64,000 bases of DNA. Source: an uncultured delta proteobacterium. GTDB lineage: Bacteria; Myxococcota; Myxococcia; Myxococcales; Myxococcaceae. Made by a program: the position numbers and the translations under genes. The notes below the pieces were generated by a model, which made no database searches, was not told the DNA's origin, and saw nothing but the letters and a program-made list of their open reading frames with translations. Positions 47,926 through 57,200 of the stretch are shown one piece after another. The stretch spans positions 2,304,001 to 2,368,000 of the forward strand of contig CAWCKH010000004.1 of the NCBI GenBank assembly GCA_963796055.1, written 5' to 3'. Each line of letters begins with the position of its first letter. Positions within the stretch are counted from its first letter, which is position 1.

Positions 47926-49188
47926 TTGACCTTCTTCTGCGACAGCTGTGGGCAGCCCCTGCTGCTCGAGGGCGACCCCTCCCCCGGACTCAGAGTCTCG
48001 TGCCCGAGCTGCCAGGCGACGGTCGAGGTCCCCCTCCCGGCCGGCGACGAGCCGCTGGAGCTGAGCTGGTTCGCCATGGTGCGCGGCTCGCAGGTGGGTC
48101 CCATGCCCCAGGGCCCGCTCGAGCAGCTCATCCGGGCGGGTGAGGTCACCGGCAAGTCGTTCGTGTGGTGCGAGGGGATGGCCGAGTGGCGCAGGGCGGA
48201 GACCCTGCCCCAGCTGGCCCAGCCGCTGGCGGCCACCCGGCCCCCGAAACCGGCCTCCACCGCCGATCTGTCGCAACTCTTCAGCGATCTCGACCTGACG
48301 GTGTCCCGCCCGATGGACGCACGGGCGGTGGAGCAGATGCTCTCGGGCTCCCGCGCGCCCAAGGCGGCGCTGGCGGAGCCGGTCACCGCCCCTGTCCGCA
48401 GCGCCACCCGCAGCACCCCCACCGTGAGCACCGCCACCCGGAGGTCCCGCCGGGCGGAGGACGACGAGGACCTCGAGGCCTCGGGGCTCGCCCGGCGCAG
48501 CTCCCCCTGGAAGGTCGTGCTGGCGGTGGTCCTCATCCTCGCCGTGCCGGTGGCGGGGCTGTACGCGCTGTCCAGTCTTCAAGTATTCCCGCTCGAGATT
48601 CCGCAGGTCGACCCGGCAACCGGGGCTTCGGTCAAGGAGCCGATCTTCTCGGCCAAGGGGGTTCGCGGGCTCAAGGCGCTCCTGCTGGGCAGCAAGCCGC
48701 CCTCGGCCCCACCGCCCCGCGAGGTGCGCGCGCCTGCTCCCAAGCCCGCCCCGGCTCCCGCCCCCGCCCCGAAGCCGGAGCCTCCCCCCTCGCCCGAGCT
48801 GAAGAAGCTCTACGGCGACACCCGGAAGGCCGACGTCGGGCCCACCGCCGTCCCGAGCTTCGCCCGTGCCGGGGGCCCCCCGGCGAGCGGTGGCGGGCCC
48901 AACCAGCAGGCCCTGGCGAAGGTGGTCGCCCAGAGCGGTCCGGCATTCCAGTCCTGCATCGAGCAGCAGCTGAGGCGCACGCCCAACTTTCGCGGCGGCA
49001 AGGTGAATCTCGTCGCCACGGTCGGGGCGTCGGGCACCGTCAAGCAGGCACGTCTCGATCGGAAGGAGATCGATCTCTCCGACCTCGGCAGCTGCCTCAA
49101 GTCGCGCGCCAGGCGGCTGGTGTTCCCGTCCTTCGAGGGAGAGGACGTCGAGGTGGAGATCCCCCTGGTCCTCACCGCGGCGCTCTGA
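47926..49188 (+). CDS. Zinc ribbon / GYF_2 / TM / AgmX-PglI-type C-terminal domain protein
   Basis: CDSC..CPSC, QVGP..VWCEGMAEW (GYF_2), TM helix, Pro-rich linker, Cys-paired TonB_C-like end; TTG start uncertain. Confidence 0.78.
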   Translation: MTFFCDSCGQPLLLEGDPSPGLRVSCPSCQATVEVPLPAGDEPLELSWFAMVRGSQVGPMPQGPLEQLIRAGEVTGKSFVWCEGMAEWRRAETLPQLAQPLAATRPPKPASTADLSQLFSDLDLTVSRPMDARAVEQMLSGSRAPKAALAEPVTAPVRSATRSTPTVSTATRRSRRAEDDEDLEASGLARRSSPWKVVLAVVLILAVPVAGLYALSSLQVFPLEIPQVDPATGASVKEPIFSAKGVRGLKALLLGSKPPSAPPPREVRAPAPKPAPAPAPAPKPEPPPSPELKKLYGDTRKADVGPTAVPSFARAGGPPASGGGPNQQALAKVVAQSGPAFQSCIEQQLRRTPNFRGGKVNLVATVGASGTVKQARLDRKEIDLSDLGSCLKSRARRLVFPSFEGEDVEVEIPLVLTAAL

Positions 49189-49997
49189 TGGCGTCGCCGG
49201 TCGTCATCGCGTGGCTGGAGGTCGTGCAGGCCTGGGCGGGCGCCGGCGCGCCACCGGTGGCCGGGGCCGTGGGACTGGTCCGACCGGGTGGGCCTGCCCG
49301 ACAGCTCCCGTGGGGACGGGCGGCCGCGGCGGCCCTCGGCGATCCGGCGGCGCTTGCCCCGTACATCGACCACACCTTGCTCCGGCCCGACGCGACCGAG
49401 CGGGAGGTCGAGCTCCTCGCCGCCGAGGCCCGTGCGCACGGGCTCGGTGGGGCGTGCGTGCATCCGGTGCACGTCGCCACGCTGGTGCGCGCGCTGGGCG
49501 ACGCCGCGGTGGAACCGGTCTCGGTGGTCGGGTTCCCCCACGGCGCGCACCTGACCGAGATCAAGCTGCTGGAGGCGCGGCGCGCGGCCGACGAGGGCGC
49601 CCGCGCCGTGGACGTGGTTGCCCCGCTCGGGCGGCTGAAGGCCGGTGAGGTCGAGGCGGTGCTCTCCGAGCTCCGGGCGCTGGTGTCCGCGCTCGCGCCG
49701 GTGCCGGTGCGCGTCATCCTCGAGACCGGGCTGCTCCCTCCCCGGGCAGTGGTGCTCGGGGCGGGGCTCGCGCTCGCCGCCGGCTGCGACGCGGTGAAGA
49801 CCTCGACCGGATTCAATGGCCCGGGCGCCCGTCCCGAGGACGTGGCGCTGCTCCGCACGGTGGTCGGCCCTCAGCTGGGGGTGAAGGCCTCGGGAGGGAT
49901 TCGCACCGCCGCGCAGGCCCGGGCGCTGGTGGCCGCCGGGGCGAGCAGGCTCGGTGCCTCTTCCTCGCTGGAGCTGCTGGGTGGTGAGGCGAGCTGA
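49188..49997 (+). CDS. deoC: Deoxyribose-phosphate aldolase
   Basis: IDHTLL, VVGFPHG, VILETG, VKTSTGF and VKASGGIR. Confidence 0.93.
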   Translation: MASPVVIAWLEVVQAWAGAGAPPVAGAVGLVRPGGPARQLPWGRAAAAALGDPAALAPYIDHTLLRPDATEREVELLAAEARAHGLGGACVHPVHVATLVRALGDAAVEPVSVVGFPHGAHLTEIKLLEARRAADEGARAVDVVAPLGRLKAGEVEAVLSELRALVSALAPVPVRVILETGLLPPRAVVLGAGLALAAGCDAVKTSTGFNGPGARPEDVALLRTVVGPQLGVKASGGIRTAAQARALVAAGASRLGASSSLELLGGEAS

Positions 49998-50086
49998 ACG
50001 CCCGCGCACCCCGGTCGAGACCCAGGCGGTTGCTGCCCCGCGGGGGCGAGCACAGGTTGGCCGGAACACTCGGAGGGAGGTGTTCC

Positions 50087-50242
50087 ATGCTCTTCGCCAT
50101 CGGAGCGATTCTGCTGGTCGTCTGGCTGGCGAGCCTCGCGCTCAAGGTCACCGTGGGGGCCATCCACCTGCTGCTGGTGGCGGCGGTGGTGCTGTTCGTC
50201 ATCGGATTCATCCGGGGACGCACCGGACGAACGCCGGCGTGA
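50087..50242 (+). CDS. Small two-helix membrane protein (lmo0937/DUF5670 family)
   Basis: ILLVVWL...GAIHLLLV pattern; strong GGAGG RBS. Confidence 0.75.
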   Translation: MLFAIGAILLVVWLASLALKVTVGAIHLLLVAAVVLFVIGFIRGRTGRTPA

Positions 50243-50302
50243 GCCCACTTCGGTGCTGGACCTGCCGCCCGGGCGCGCTAGAAGCCGGAGCGCGGGGGTT
50301 CG

Positions 50303-50701
50303 ATGGGGCTGACGGCCGCTCAAAAGAAGACACTCCGCCGGGCGCTGCAGGCCCTGGTGAGCCAGGTGTCGGCGAAGGGTTCCCAGCGCATCGCCCCCAA
50401 CCGGACCGACGAGACGAAGGTGGGCGGTGACGAGGACGAGCAGCCGCTCAACGAGATGCTCCAGGCCATCGCCTCTGACCGGAATCGTGCGTCAGGGGAT
50501 GCCCTGGGACGGGCCCAGCGCGCCCTGGAGAAGCTGGACAGTGCCCCGGACGAGGCCGGCAGCTGCGAGGAGTGCGGCGAGGACATCCCATGGGGCCGGC
50601 TGAAGGCCATGCCCTACGCCGAGCTCTGCGTCGGCTGCCAGGGCAAGCGCGACGGGCCGCAGCGCGGGCCCACCCGACGAGGCCTGACGGACTTCCGATG
50701 A
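50303..50701 (+). CDS. TraR/DksA C4 zinc finger protein
   Basis: RALEKL..G.CEECGEDIP..RLKAMP...LCVGC. Confidence 0.88.
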   Translation: MGLTAAQKKTLRRALQALVSQVSAKGSQRIAPNRTDETKVGGDEDEQPLNEMLQAIASDRNRASGDALGRAQRALEKLDSAPDEAGSCEECGEDIPWGRLKAMPYAELCVGCQGKRDGPQRGPTRRGLTDFR

Positions 50702-52458
50702 CCGACCGCACCGAGCTCATCCGCCGGGTGGATGCCTGGAGCGCTGCCGACCCCGACGAGACCACCCGCGCCGAGCTGCAGCAGCTGCTCACTGCCGGGG
50801 ACTTCGCCGAGCTGGAGGATCGGTTCGCCGGGACGCTCGAGTTCGGGACCGCGGGGCTGCGGGGCGTCGTCGGGGCCGGGCCGAACCGGATGAACCGGGC
50901 AGTGGTTCGCCGCGCCACCGCGGGCCTGGCCGCGCATCTTCTGGCCACCGTACCCGACGCGACCCGACGCGGGGTGGTGGTCGCCCGGGACGGGCGGCGG
51001 ATGAGCAAGGAGTTCGCCGAGGACACCGCGGCGGTCCTCGCCGCGGCCGGTATCCCGGCGCTGGTGCGCGAGGGGTTCACCCCCACGCCGCTCGCCGCGT
51101 TCCTGGTGTCGCGCCTCGGTGCCTCGGCGGGGGTGATGGTGACCGCCAGCCACAACCCCCCCGAGTACAACGGCTACAAGGTGTACTGGGGCAACGCCGC
51201 GCAGATCATCCCTCCCCACGACGTGGCCATCGCCGAGGCCATCGCCCGTGTGGGGCCTGCCCGGGAGATTCCGCTCGCCGACCTCGGGGAGGCCCGGGCG
51301 CGTGGGCTCGTCCGGGAGATCGGGCCCGAGCTGGAACAGGCGTACCTGGACGGGCTCCTCGCGCTCCGCCTGCATCCCAGCGAGGGCACGGATCTGACGA
51401 TCGTCTACACGCCGATGCACGGGGTGGGAGGCCCGCTGGCGCTGGAGGCTCTGCGGCGCGCGGGGTTCTCGCGGGTGCACGCCGTCCCCGAGCAGCTGCA
51501 CCCTGACCCGGCCTTCCCCACGGTCCGCTTCCCCAATCCCGAGGAGCCCGGGGCGATGGACCTCTCGCGCGCACTGGCCGAGCGCACCCGGGCAGACCTG
51601 GTCCTGGCCAACGACCCCGACGCGGACCGACTGGCGGTGCTCACCCGGGGGTCCTCGGGGGAGCTGCGCGCCCTCACCGGGAACGAGCTCGGCGTGCTGC
51701 TGGGCCACTACACCCTCACCCAGGGGCCGAGGCGGGAGCGGCCGCTGGTGATGACCACCATCGTCAGCTCGACGCAGCTGGGGGCGATGGCCCCGCGGCT
51801 GGGCGCGCTCTACGACGAGACGCTCACCGGCTTCAAGTGGATCGCCAACCGCGCGATCGAGCGGGCGGCCAGGGACGGCGCCGAGCTGGTCTTCGCCTAC
51901 GAGGAGGCCCTCGGCTACACCGTGGGCACCCTGGTCCGCGACAAGGACGGGATCGGCGCGGCGCTGGTGACGGCGGACATGGCCGGCTGGGTGGCCGCCC
52001 GCGGGACCACCGTGCTGGGCTACCTCGAGGAGATCCAGCGCGAGTTCGGGGTCTACGTCTCGAAGCAGCGAAGCTTCACCCTGCCCGGTGCCAGCGGCGC
52101 GGAGACCATCGCCCGGGTGATGGACGCCTTCCGCCGAGACCCACCGACGCAGGTCGGCGCCCGGGCGGTGGACTGGGTGAAGGACTACCTGGCGCGGACC
52201 CGCACCGCGCACGGACGGACCGAGCCGCTCTCGCTCCCGCCGTCGAACGTCCTCGCCTACGGCCTCACCGGTGGCGCGCAGGTGACCTTGCGGCCGTCCG
52301 GGACCGAGCCGAAGATCAAGTACTACTTCGAGCTGCCCGAGCGGCTCTCCGCCGGTGAGGACGTGCCGACCGCGCGCGCCCGGGGCGAGCAGCGGCTCGC
52401 CGAGCTCGAGCGCGACTTCCTGGCCCTGGCGCAGGCACGTGGCCAGCCACGGGTGTGA
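50698..52458 (+). CDS. Alpha-D-phosphohexomutase family phospho-sugar mutase
   Basis: FGTAGLRG, TASHNP, DPDADR, EEALG and RPSGTEPKIK. Confidence 0.93.
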   Translation: MTDRTELIRRVDAWSAADPDETTRAELQQLLTAGDFAELEDRFAGTLEFGTAGLRGVVGAGPNRMNRAVVRRATAGLAAHLLATVPDATRRGVVVARDGRRMSKEFAEDTAAVLAAAGIPALVREGFTPTPLAAFLVSRLGASAGVMVTASHNPPEYNGYKVYWGNAAQIIPPHDVAIAEAIARVGPAREIPLADLGEARARGLVREIGPELEQAYLDGLLALRLHPSEGTDLTIVYTPMHGVGGPLALEALRRAGFSRVHAVPEQLHPDPAFPTVRFPNPEEPGAMDLSRALAERTRADLVLANDPDADRLAVLTRGSSGELRALTGNELGVLLGHYTLTQGPRRERPLVMTTIVSSTQLGAMAPRLGALYDETLTGFKWIANRAIERAARDGAELVFAYEEALGYTVGTLVRDKDGIGAALVTADMAGWVAARGTTVLGYLEEIQREFGVYVSKQRSFTLPGASGAETIARVMDAFRRDPPTQVGARAVDWVKDYLARTRTAHGRTEPLSLPPSNVLAYGLTGGAQVTLRPSGTEPKIKYYFELPERLSAGEDVPTARARGEQRLAELERDFLALAQARGQPRV

Positions 52459-52490
52459 GGACGGTCTTCAACTGGGGAAAGGAACGACTC

Positions 52491-53159
52491 GTGCGAGCTT
52501 CGATGCGGAACGCAGTCTGCTGGAGCGCGGTGCTGACGATGTGCGCGGCGGGTGCCGTGGGAGCGCAGACAGAGGTGACGCCGGCGACCGGCTCACAGCG
52601 CTGGACCGTGGATTCGGGAGAGACCGTCGGCGCCGGAGCCAACGTCGCCGCCGCCGCAGTGGGGTACCCGGGGCTGGATCTCCGGCTGTTCCATGGGCTG
52701 GATGCCACCACCGACGTAAACGCGCGCGTCGGCATCAACTACGCCTTCGAGGGGATCACCCGGGGCACGCGGTTCGAGTTCACCGCCCAGGTGGGCATCC
52801 GGAAGGAGCTGCTGACCTTCGGGGGGAACATGAAGCTCGCCGGGCACTTCGACCCAGGAATCCTCGTGGCCGCGTCCCCGGGGGAGTTCGGGATCAAGAT
52901 CCCGATCGGCGTCGAGATGGGCTTCCCCCTCAACCAGAAGATCATCCTCAACGGCTCGCTCGATCTCCCGATGTTCTTCACCTTTGGCGACTTCAACGCT
53001 TTCTACATTCCCCTGCTCTTCGGCGGGGGCATCGAGTACCTGCTCGAGCCACACATCGCGATCACTGGAAAGATCAAGGTAGGCCCAACCTTCGGGACCA
53101 ACGGCTTCCCGACCTCGTTCACGCTGTATCTGCTGGGCGGCGTCGCCTACAAGTTCTGA
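52491..53159 (+). CDS. Outer-membrane beta-barrel protein, paralog 1
   Basis: Signal peptide, alternating hydrophobic strands, C-terminal GGVAYKF. Confidence 0.78.
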   Translation: MRASMRNAVCWSAVLTMCAAGAVGAQTEVTPATGSQRWTVDSGETVGAGANVAAAAVGYPGLDLRLFHGLDATTDVNARVGINYAFEGITRGTRFEFTAQVGIRKELLTFGGNMKLAGHFDPGILVAASPGEFGIKIPIGVEMGFPLNQKIILNGSLDLPMFFTFGDFNAFYIPLLFGGGIEYLLEPHIAITGKIKVGPTFGTNGFPTSFTLYLLGGVAYKF

Positions 53160-53389
53160 CCTCGGCATCCCCGAGGTGTGCCTTTTCCCATCGGGTCGGG
53201 AGTTCGCCGACCGATGCAGCGGACAAGCGTGTCGTGACCCGCGTTTAAACTGTACGTGCTCCCCGGGGCGGCCTACCGTCTCGGCCACAACCGACGGGGG
53301 CTGGTGCCGGCCTTGGGACTTCCCGGCCGGGACCTCGGGCCCGGCAAGGCCCGGACGGTTGGTGACCGCGCTGACGTCAGGGAGGACAC

Positions 53390-54067
53390 GTGAGAGCTGC
53401 GAAACTGAGTGCAGTCTGCTGGACCGCGGTGTTCGCGCTGTGCCACGCCGGCCTGGCCCGCGCGCAGAGCGAGCCCACCGTCACCGGTGCCCACGCAGGC
53501 AACCGCTGGACGGTGGACTCGGGTGACACGGTGGGAACCGGGGTGAACGTTCTCCGGGGCCAGGTGGGCTTTCCGGGCTTCGTCGGCGATTTCATCCACG
53601 GCCTGGACCCCACCTTCGACATCGGCGGTCGAATGTGGCTGAACTACGCCATCGAGGGCATCACCAACGCCACCCACTTCGAGTGGAAGATCCAGGCGAC
53701 CCTGCGCAAGCAGTTCATGGACACCGGCAAGTTCAAGCTGGCCGGGACCTTCAATCCGGGGTTCCTCCTCTACTCCGCCGGCGGGACCACCAGCGGCCTC
53801 ACCTTCCCGGTCGGTGCCCAGCTGGGCATCCCCATCGACAGCAAGGTCATCATCAACGGCTCGTTCGACATCGCGTTCTGGGTGACGTTCGGCAGCTTCT
53901 CCACCTTCCACATGCCGCTGCTCTTCGGCGGCGGGGTCGAGTACCTGCTCGAGCCGAACCTCGCCCTGACCTTCAAGCTGAAGCTCGGCCCGGACATCGG
54001 CTTCGGCGACTTCGGCGACACGAACTTCGCCTTCAACGCGCTGTTCGGCGTGGCGTACAAGATGTAG
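53390..54067 (+). CDS. Outer-membrane beta-barrel protein, paralog 2
   Basis: Shares RWTVDSG.TVG.G.NV, HGLD, NYA.EG and PLLFGGG.EYLLEP with paralog 1; ends GVAYKM. Confidence 0.78.
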   Translation: MRAAKLSAVCWTAVFALCHAGLARAQSEPTVTGAHAGNRWTVDSGDTVGTGVNVLRGQVGFPGFVGDFIHGLDPTFDIGGRMWLNYAIEGITNATHFEWKIQATLRKQFMDTGKFKLAGTFNPGFLLYSAGGTTSGLTFPVGAQLGIPIDSKVIINGSFDIAFWVTFGSFSTFHMPLLFGGGVEYLLEPNLALTFKLKLGPDIGFGDFGDTNFAFNALFGVAYKM

Positions 54068-54100
54068 CGGCCGGCCAGGTCGTGGTGAGATGACGCCCGG

Positions 54101-55417
54101 ATGACCCCGTACGAGCTCATCCGGGCCAAGCGCGACGGCGGCAGCCTGCCGGCCGAGGCGCTGCGCGACTTCGTGACCGCGTACGGCTGCGGGGACGTCC
54201 CGGACTACCAGATGGCTGCGCTGTGCATGGCCATCTTCTTCCGGGGACTCGACCCCGCCGAGCTACGCACCTGGACCCTGGCCATGCTCCGCTCGGGGGC
54301 CACCTTCCGGCGCCCGGTCGGCTCGCCTGCACGGGTGGACAAGCACTCCACCGGCGGGGTGGGGGACAAGGTCTCGCTCTGCCTCGCCCCGCTGGTGGCC
54401 GCCTGCGGGGTCGCGGTGCCGATGGTGAGCGGCCGGGGGCTCGGCCACACCGGGGGCACGCTGGACAAGCTCGCCGCCATCCCCGGGTTCCGCACCGACC
54501 TCTCGTTGTCCGAGGCGGAGCGCATCCTCGGCCAGCTCGGGTTGTGCATGCTCGGACAGACCGAGGAGCTGGCTCCGGCGGACCGGCGGCTGTATGCGCT
54601 CCGCGACGTCACCGCCACGGTGGACTCCATCCCGCTCATCGCCGCGAGCATCCTGAGCAAGAAGCTCGCCGAGGAGCTGGATGGCCTGGTGCTCGACGTC
54701 AAGGTGGGCTCGGGCGCCTTCATGCGCAGCCTGCAGGATGCCGAGCGCCTCGCGCTCACGCTGGTGGATCTCGCCGCCGACCTGGGCTGTCCCGCGGTGG
54801 CCTGGCTCACCTCGATGGACGCTCCGCTGGGGGCGGCGGTGGGCAACGCCAGCGAGCTGCTCGAGGCGGTGGAGGTGCTGCGCGGCGGGGGCCCCCAGGA
54901 CGTGCGCGCGCTCACCCTGCGGTTGGGGGCGGAGATGCTGGTGCTCGGCAAGGCCGAAGCGAGCGTGCCCGAGGCCGAGCGGCGACTCGCCCGGGCCATC
55001 GCCGATGGCTCGGGGCTGGAGCGCTTCGGTGCGCTGGTGCGTGCGCAGGGCGGCGACCCCGGCGTGCTCGACAGGCCGGACCGGCTGCTCGGGCCGCTGG
55101 AGGGCACCCTGGTGCGCGCGCCTCGCTCGGGCCACCTCGCCAGCGTGGACACGCTGGCGGTCGGCCTGGCGGCGGTGGTGCTCGGCGCCGGCCGCACGCG
55201 CAGCGACGAGGCGATCGATCCCGGCGTGGGCTTCACCGTGCACCGGCACCCCGGCGAGCGGGTGACCCAGGGCGAGCCGCTGGTGACGGTGCACCACCGG
55301 CCGGGTCAGGACGTGGCCGAGGTGTGCCGGCGGCTGGCCGCGGCGTTCCGCATCGGCGACACCGTCGAGCCCGCGCCCCCCTTGCTCCTGGCCCGGGTGG
55401 AGGCACGTCGGCCATGA
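54101..55417 (+). CDS. deoA: Thymidine/pyrimidine-nucleoside phosphorylase
   Basis: DKHSTGGVGDK, SGRGLGHTGGTLDKL, LRDVTATV and SKKLA. Confidence 0.93.
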   Translation: MTPYELIRAKRDGGSLPAEALRDFVTAYGCGDVPDYQMAALCMAIFFRGLDPAELRTWTLAMLRSGATFRRPVGSPARVDKHSTGGVGDKVSLCLAPLVAACGVAVPMVSGRGLGHTGGTLDKLAAIPGFRTDLSLSEAERILGQLGLCMLGQTEELAPADRRLYALRDVTATVDSIPLIAASILSKKLAEELDGLVLDVKVGSGAFMRSLQDAERLALTLVDLAADLGCPAVAWLTSMDAPLGAAVGNASELLEAVEVLRGGGPQDVRALTLRLGAEMLVLGKAEASVPEAERRLARAIADGSGLERFGALVRAQGGDPGVLDRPDRLLGPLEGTLVRAPRSGHLASVDTLAVGLAAVVLGAGRTRSDEAIDPGVGFTVHRHPGERVTQGEPLVTVHHRPGQDVAEVCRRLAAAFRIGDTVEPAPPLLLARVEARRP

Positions 55418-56256
55418 GCTCGCTGTTCGACCACCTCCAGGAAGCGGCCGCGGCGGTGCGCGCACGGCTGCCGGAGGCTGCTCCCGAGGTGGCCCTGGTG
55501 CTGGGCAGCGGACTCGCCGGTGCGGTGCGCCTGCTGGATTCGCCCGGGGTCATCCCCCTCGCCGACGTCCCCCACGCGCCCACGCCGAGCGTCTCCGGCC
55601 ACCCGGGCCGGCTCGCCTTCGGCCGGGTGGGCCCGGTGCGCGTGGGCGTCCTCCAGGGCCGTCTCCACACCTACGAGGGCTGGACCGCCGCCCAGACCGT
55701 CTTTCCGGTGCGGCTCCTCATCACCCTCGGCGCGCGGGTGGTGGTGCTCACCAACGCCTCGGGCGGGGTGCGCCCCGGGCTGGCCTCCGGCGCGTGGATG
55801 GTGGTGACCGACCACCTGAACCTCTCGGGGACGAATCCGCTCGAGGGTCCCAACGACCCGAGGCTGGGGCCTCGCTTCCCGGACCTCTCCCGCGCCTACG
55901 ACCCGCGCCTGCGCGCGCTCCTCCTCCACGCCGCGGATACCGCCGGGGTGGCGGTCCAGCAGGGCGTCTACGCGATGATGTCCGGGCCGTCCTACGAGAC
56001 CCCGGCGGAGATCCGCATGCTCCAGGCGCTCGGCGCGGACGCAGTGGGCATGAGCACGGTGCCCGAGGTCATCGCCGCGGTGCACATGGGCGCCCGGGTC
56101 GCCTGCCTCAGCTGCATCACCAACGCCGCGGCGGGGCTCGGCGGTGCCCTCTCGCACGCCGAGGTGGAGGCGACGGCACACGAGGCGGAGGAAAGCGGAG
56201 TGCGCATCCTCCGGGGTTTCCTTGGAGTGCTGGCGGGGTCGTCCGGACCGGGGTGA
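55414..56256 (+). CDS. punA: Purine nucleoside phosphorylase (trimeric type)
   Basis: VLGSG, GRLHTYEG, TNASGG, GPSYETPAE and VGMSTVPE. Confidence 0.93.
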   Translation: MSSLFDHLQEAAAAVRARLPEAAPEVALVLGSGLAGAVRLLDSPGVIPLADVPHAPTPSVSGHPGRLAFGRVGPVRVGVLQGRLHTYEGWTAAQTVFPVRLLITLGARVVVLTNASGGVRPGLASGAWMVVTDHLNLSGTNPLEGPNDPRLGPRFPDLSRAYDPRLRALLLHAADTAGVAVQQGVYAMMSGPSYETPAEIRMLQALGADAVGMSTVPEVIAAVHMGARVACLSCITNAAAGLGGALSHAEVEATAHEAEESGVRILRGFLGVLAGSSGPG

Positions 56257-56351
56257 GCGCCCACCCCACCTTGGCGGGGGCCAGCGCCGACGAACCTTCC
56301 TTGCCCGTCTGCTCTCCATGTAAGCTTCCGGTCTGGATGGAGGCCGCTTCC

Positions 56352-56705
56352 ATGGAACAGGAACAGACCGCTCACCCCCCCCAGCGGCGGCCGCACGACC
56401 GGCGCGACTCGCCGCGCGTGCCCTTCCGCTTTCTCGCCCGCTGCGCCGTCGACGGCGAGGCGTTCGAGGAGACCCGGGGAGATCTCAGCATCGGGGGTGT
56501 CTTCTGGGGGACGAGTCACGCCCCGCACGGCCCGGAGGTGGAGGTGCGGGTGGTGCTGCCGGGCGAGCACAGCGAGATCTGCGCCCGCGGCCAGATCGTC
56601 GGCCGGCGCGACGCCGGCCTCCACATCCGCTTCACCGCGCTCGGCACCGACGACGAGCTGAAGATCGCCCGCTACATCGACGAGGTGGGCATCGGCTGGG
56701 AGTAG
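56352..56705 (+). CDS. Stand-alone PilZ domain protein
   Basis: RRDSPR (RxxxR) and DLSIGG (DxSxxG) c-di-GMP motifs. Confidence 0.85.
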   Translation: MEQEQTAHPPQRRPHDRRDSPRVPFRFLARCAVDGEAFEETRGDLSIGGVFWGTSHAPHGPEVEVRVVLPGEHSEICARGQIVGRRDAGLHIRFTALGTDDELKIARYIDEVGIGWE

Positions 56706-56709
56706 CGGC

Positions 56710-57171
56710 GTGGCCGTGGGAGTTGTGGTCCACCGGATGGAGCCTGACTGGTCAGCGATGGAGACCGCGGCCCGGGCCGCGCTTCCGCGGGCGTACGCGC
56801 CCTACTCGCGCTTCGGGGTGGCCGCGGCCATCCTCTTCGCCGACGGCACCGTGCTCCCCGGCGTGAACGTGGAGAACGCGTCCTACCCTCTGAGCATGTG
56901 CGCGGAGCGCGCCGCGGTGGCCGCCGGGATCGCGGGTGGTCACGGGGCGGTGTGCGCGGTGCTCGTCCTCACCGACGCTGCCGAGCCCACCACCCCCTGC
57001 GGGGGCTGCCGCCAGGTGCTCGCCGAGCACGGCGCCGCCGACGTTCCGGTGCGCTCGCTCACGCTCCAGGGCCGCACGGCCGAGCACCGCCTCGGTGCGC
57101 TGCTCCCCAACGCGTTCCGCTCGGAATCACTGGAGCGGCGCAATCCCCCTCCTTCGCGGGACGTATGGTAA
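56710..57171 (+). CDS. cdd: Cytidine deaminase
   Basis: AYAPYS, NVENASY, CAER and PCGGCRQ; start may be 56737. Confidence 0.94.
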   Translation: MAVGVVVHRMEPDWSAMETAARAALPRAYAPYSRFGVAAAILFADGTVLPGVNVENASYPLSMCAERAAVAAGIAGGHGAVCAVLVLTDAAEPTTPCGGCRQVLAEHGAADVPVRSLTLQGRTAEHRLGALLPNAFRSESLERRNPPPSRDVW

Positions 57172-57200
57172 GCCGCCACCTCCAGAGGGTGACCTGACCC

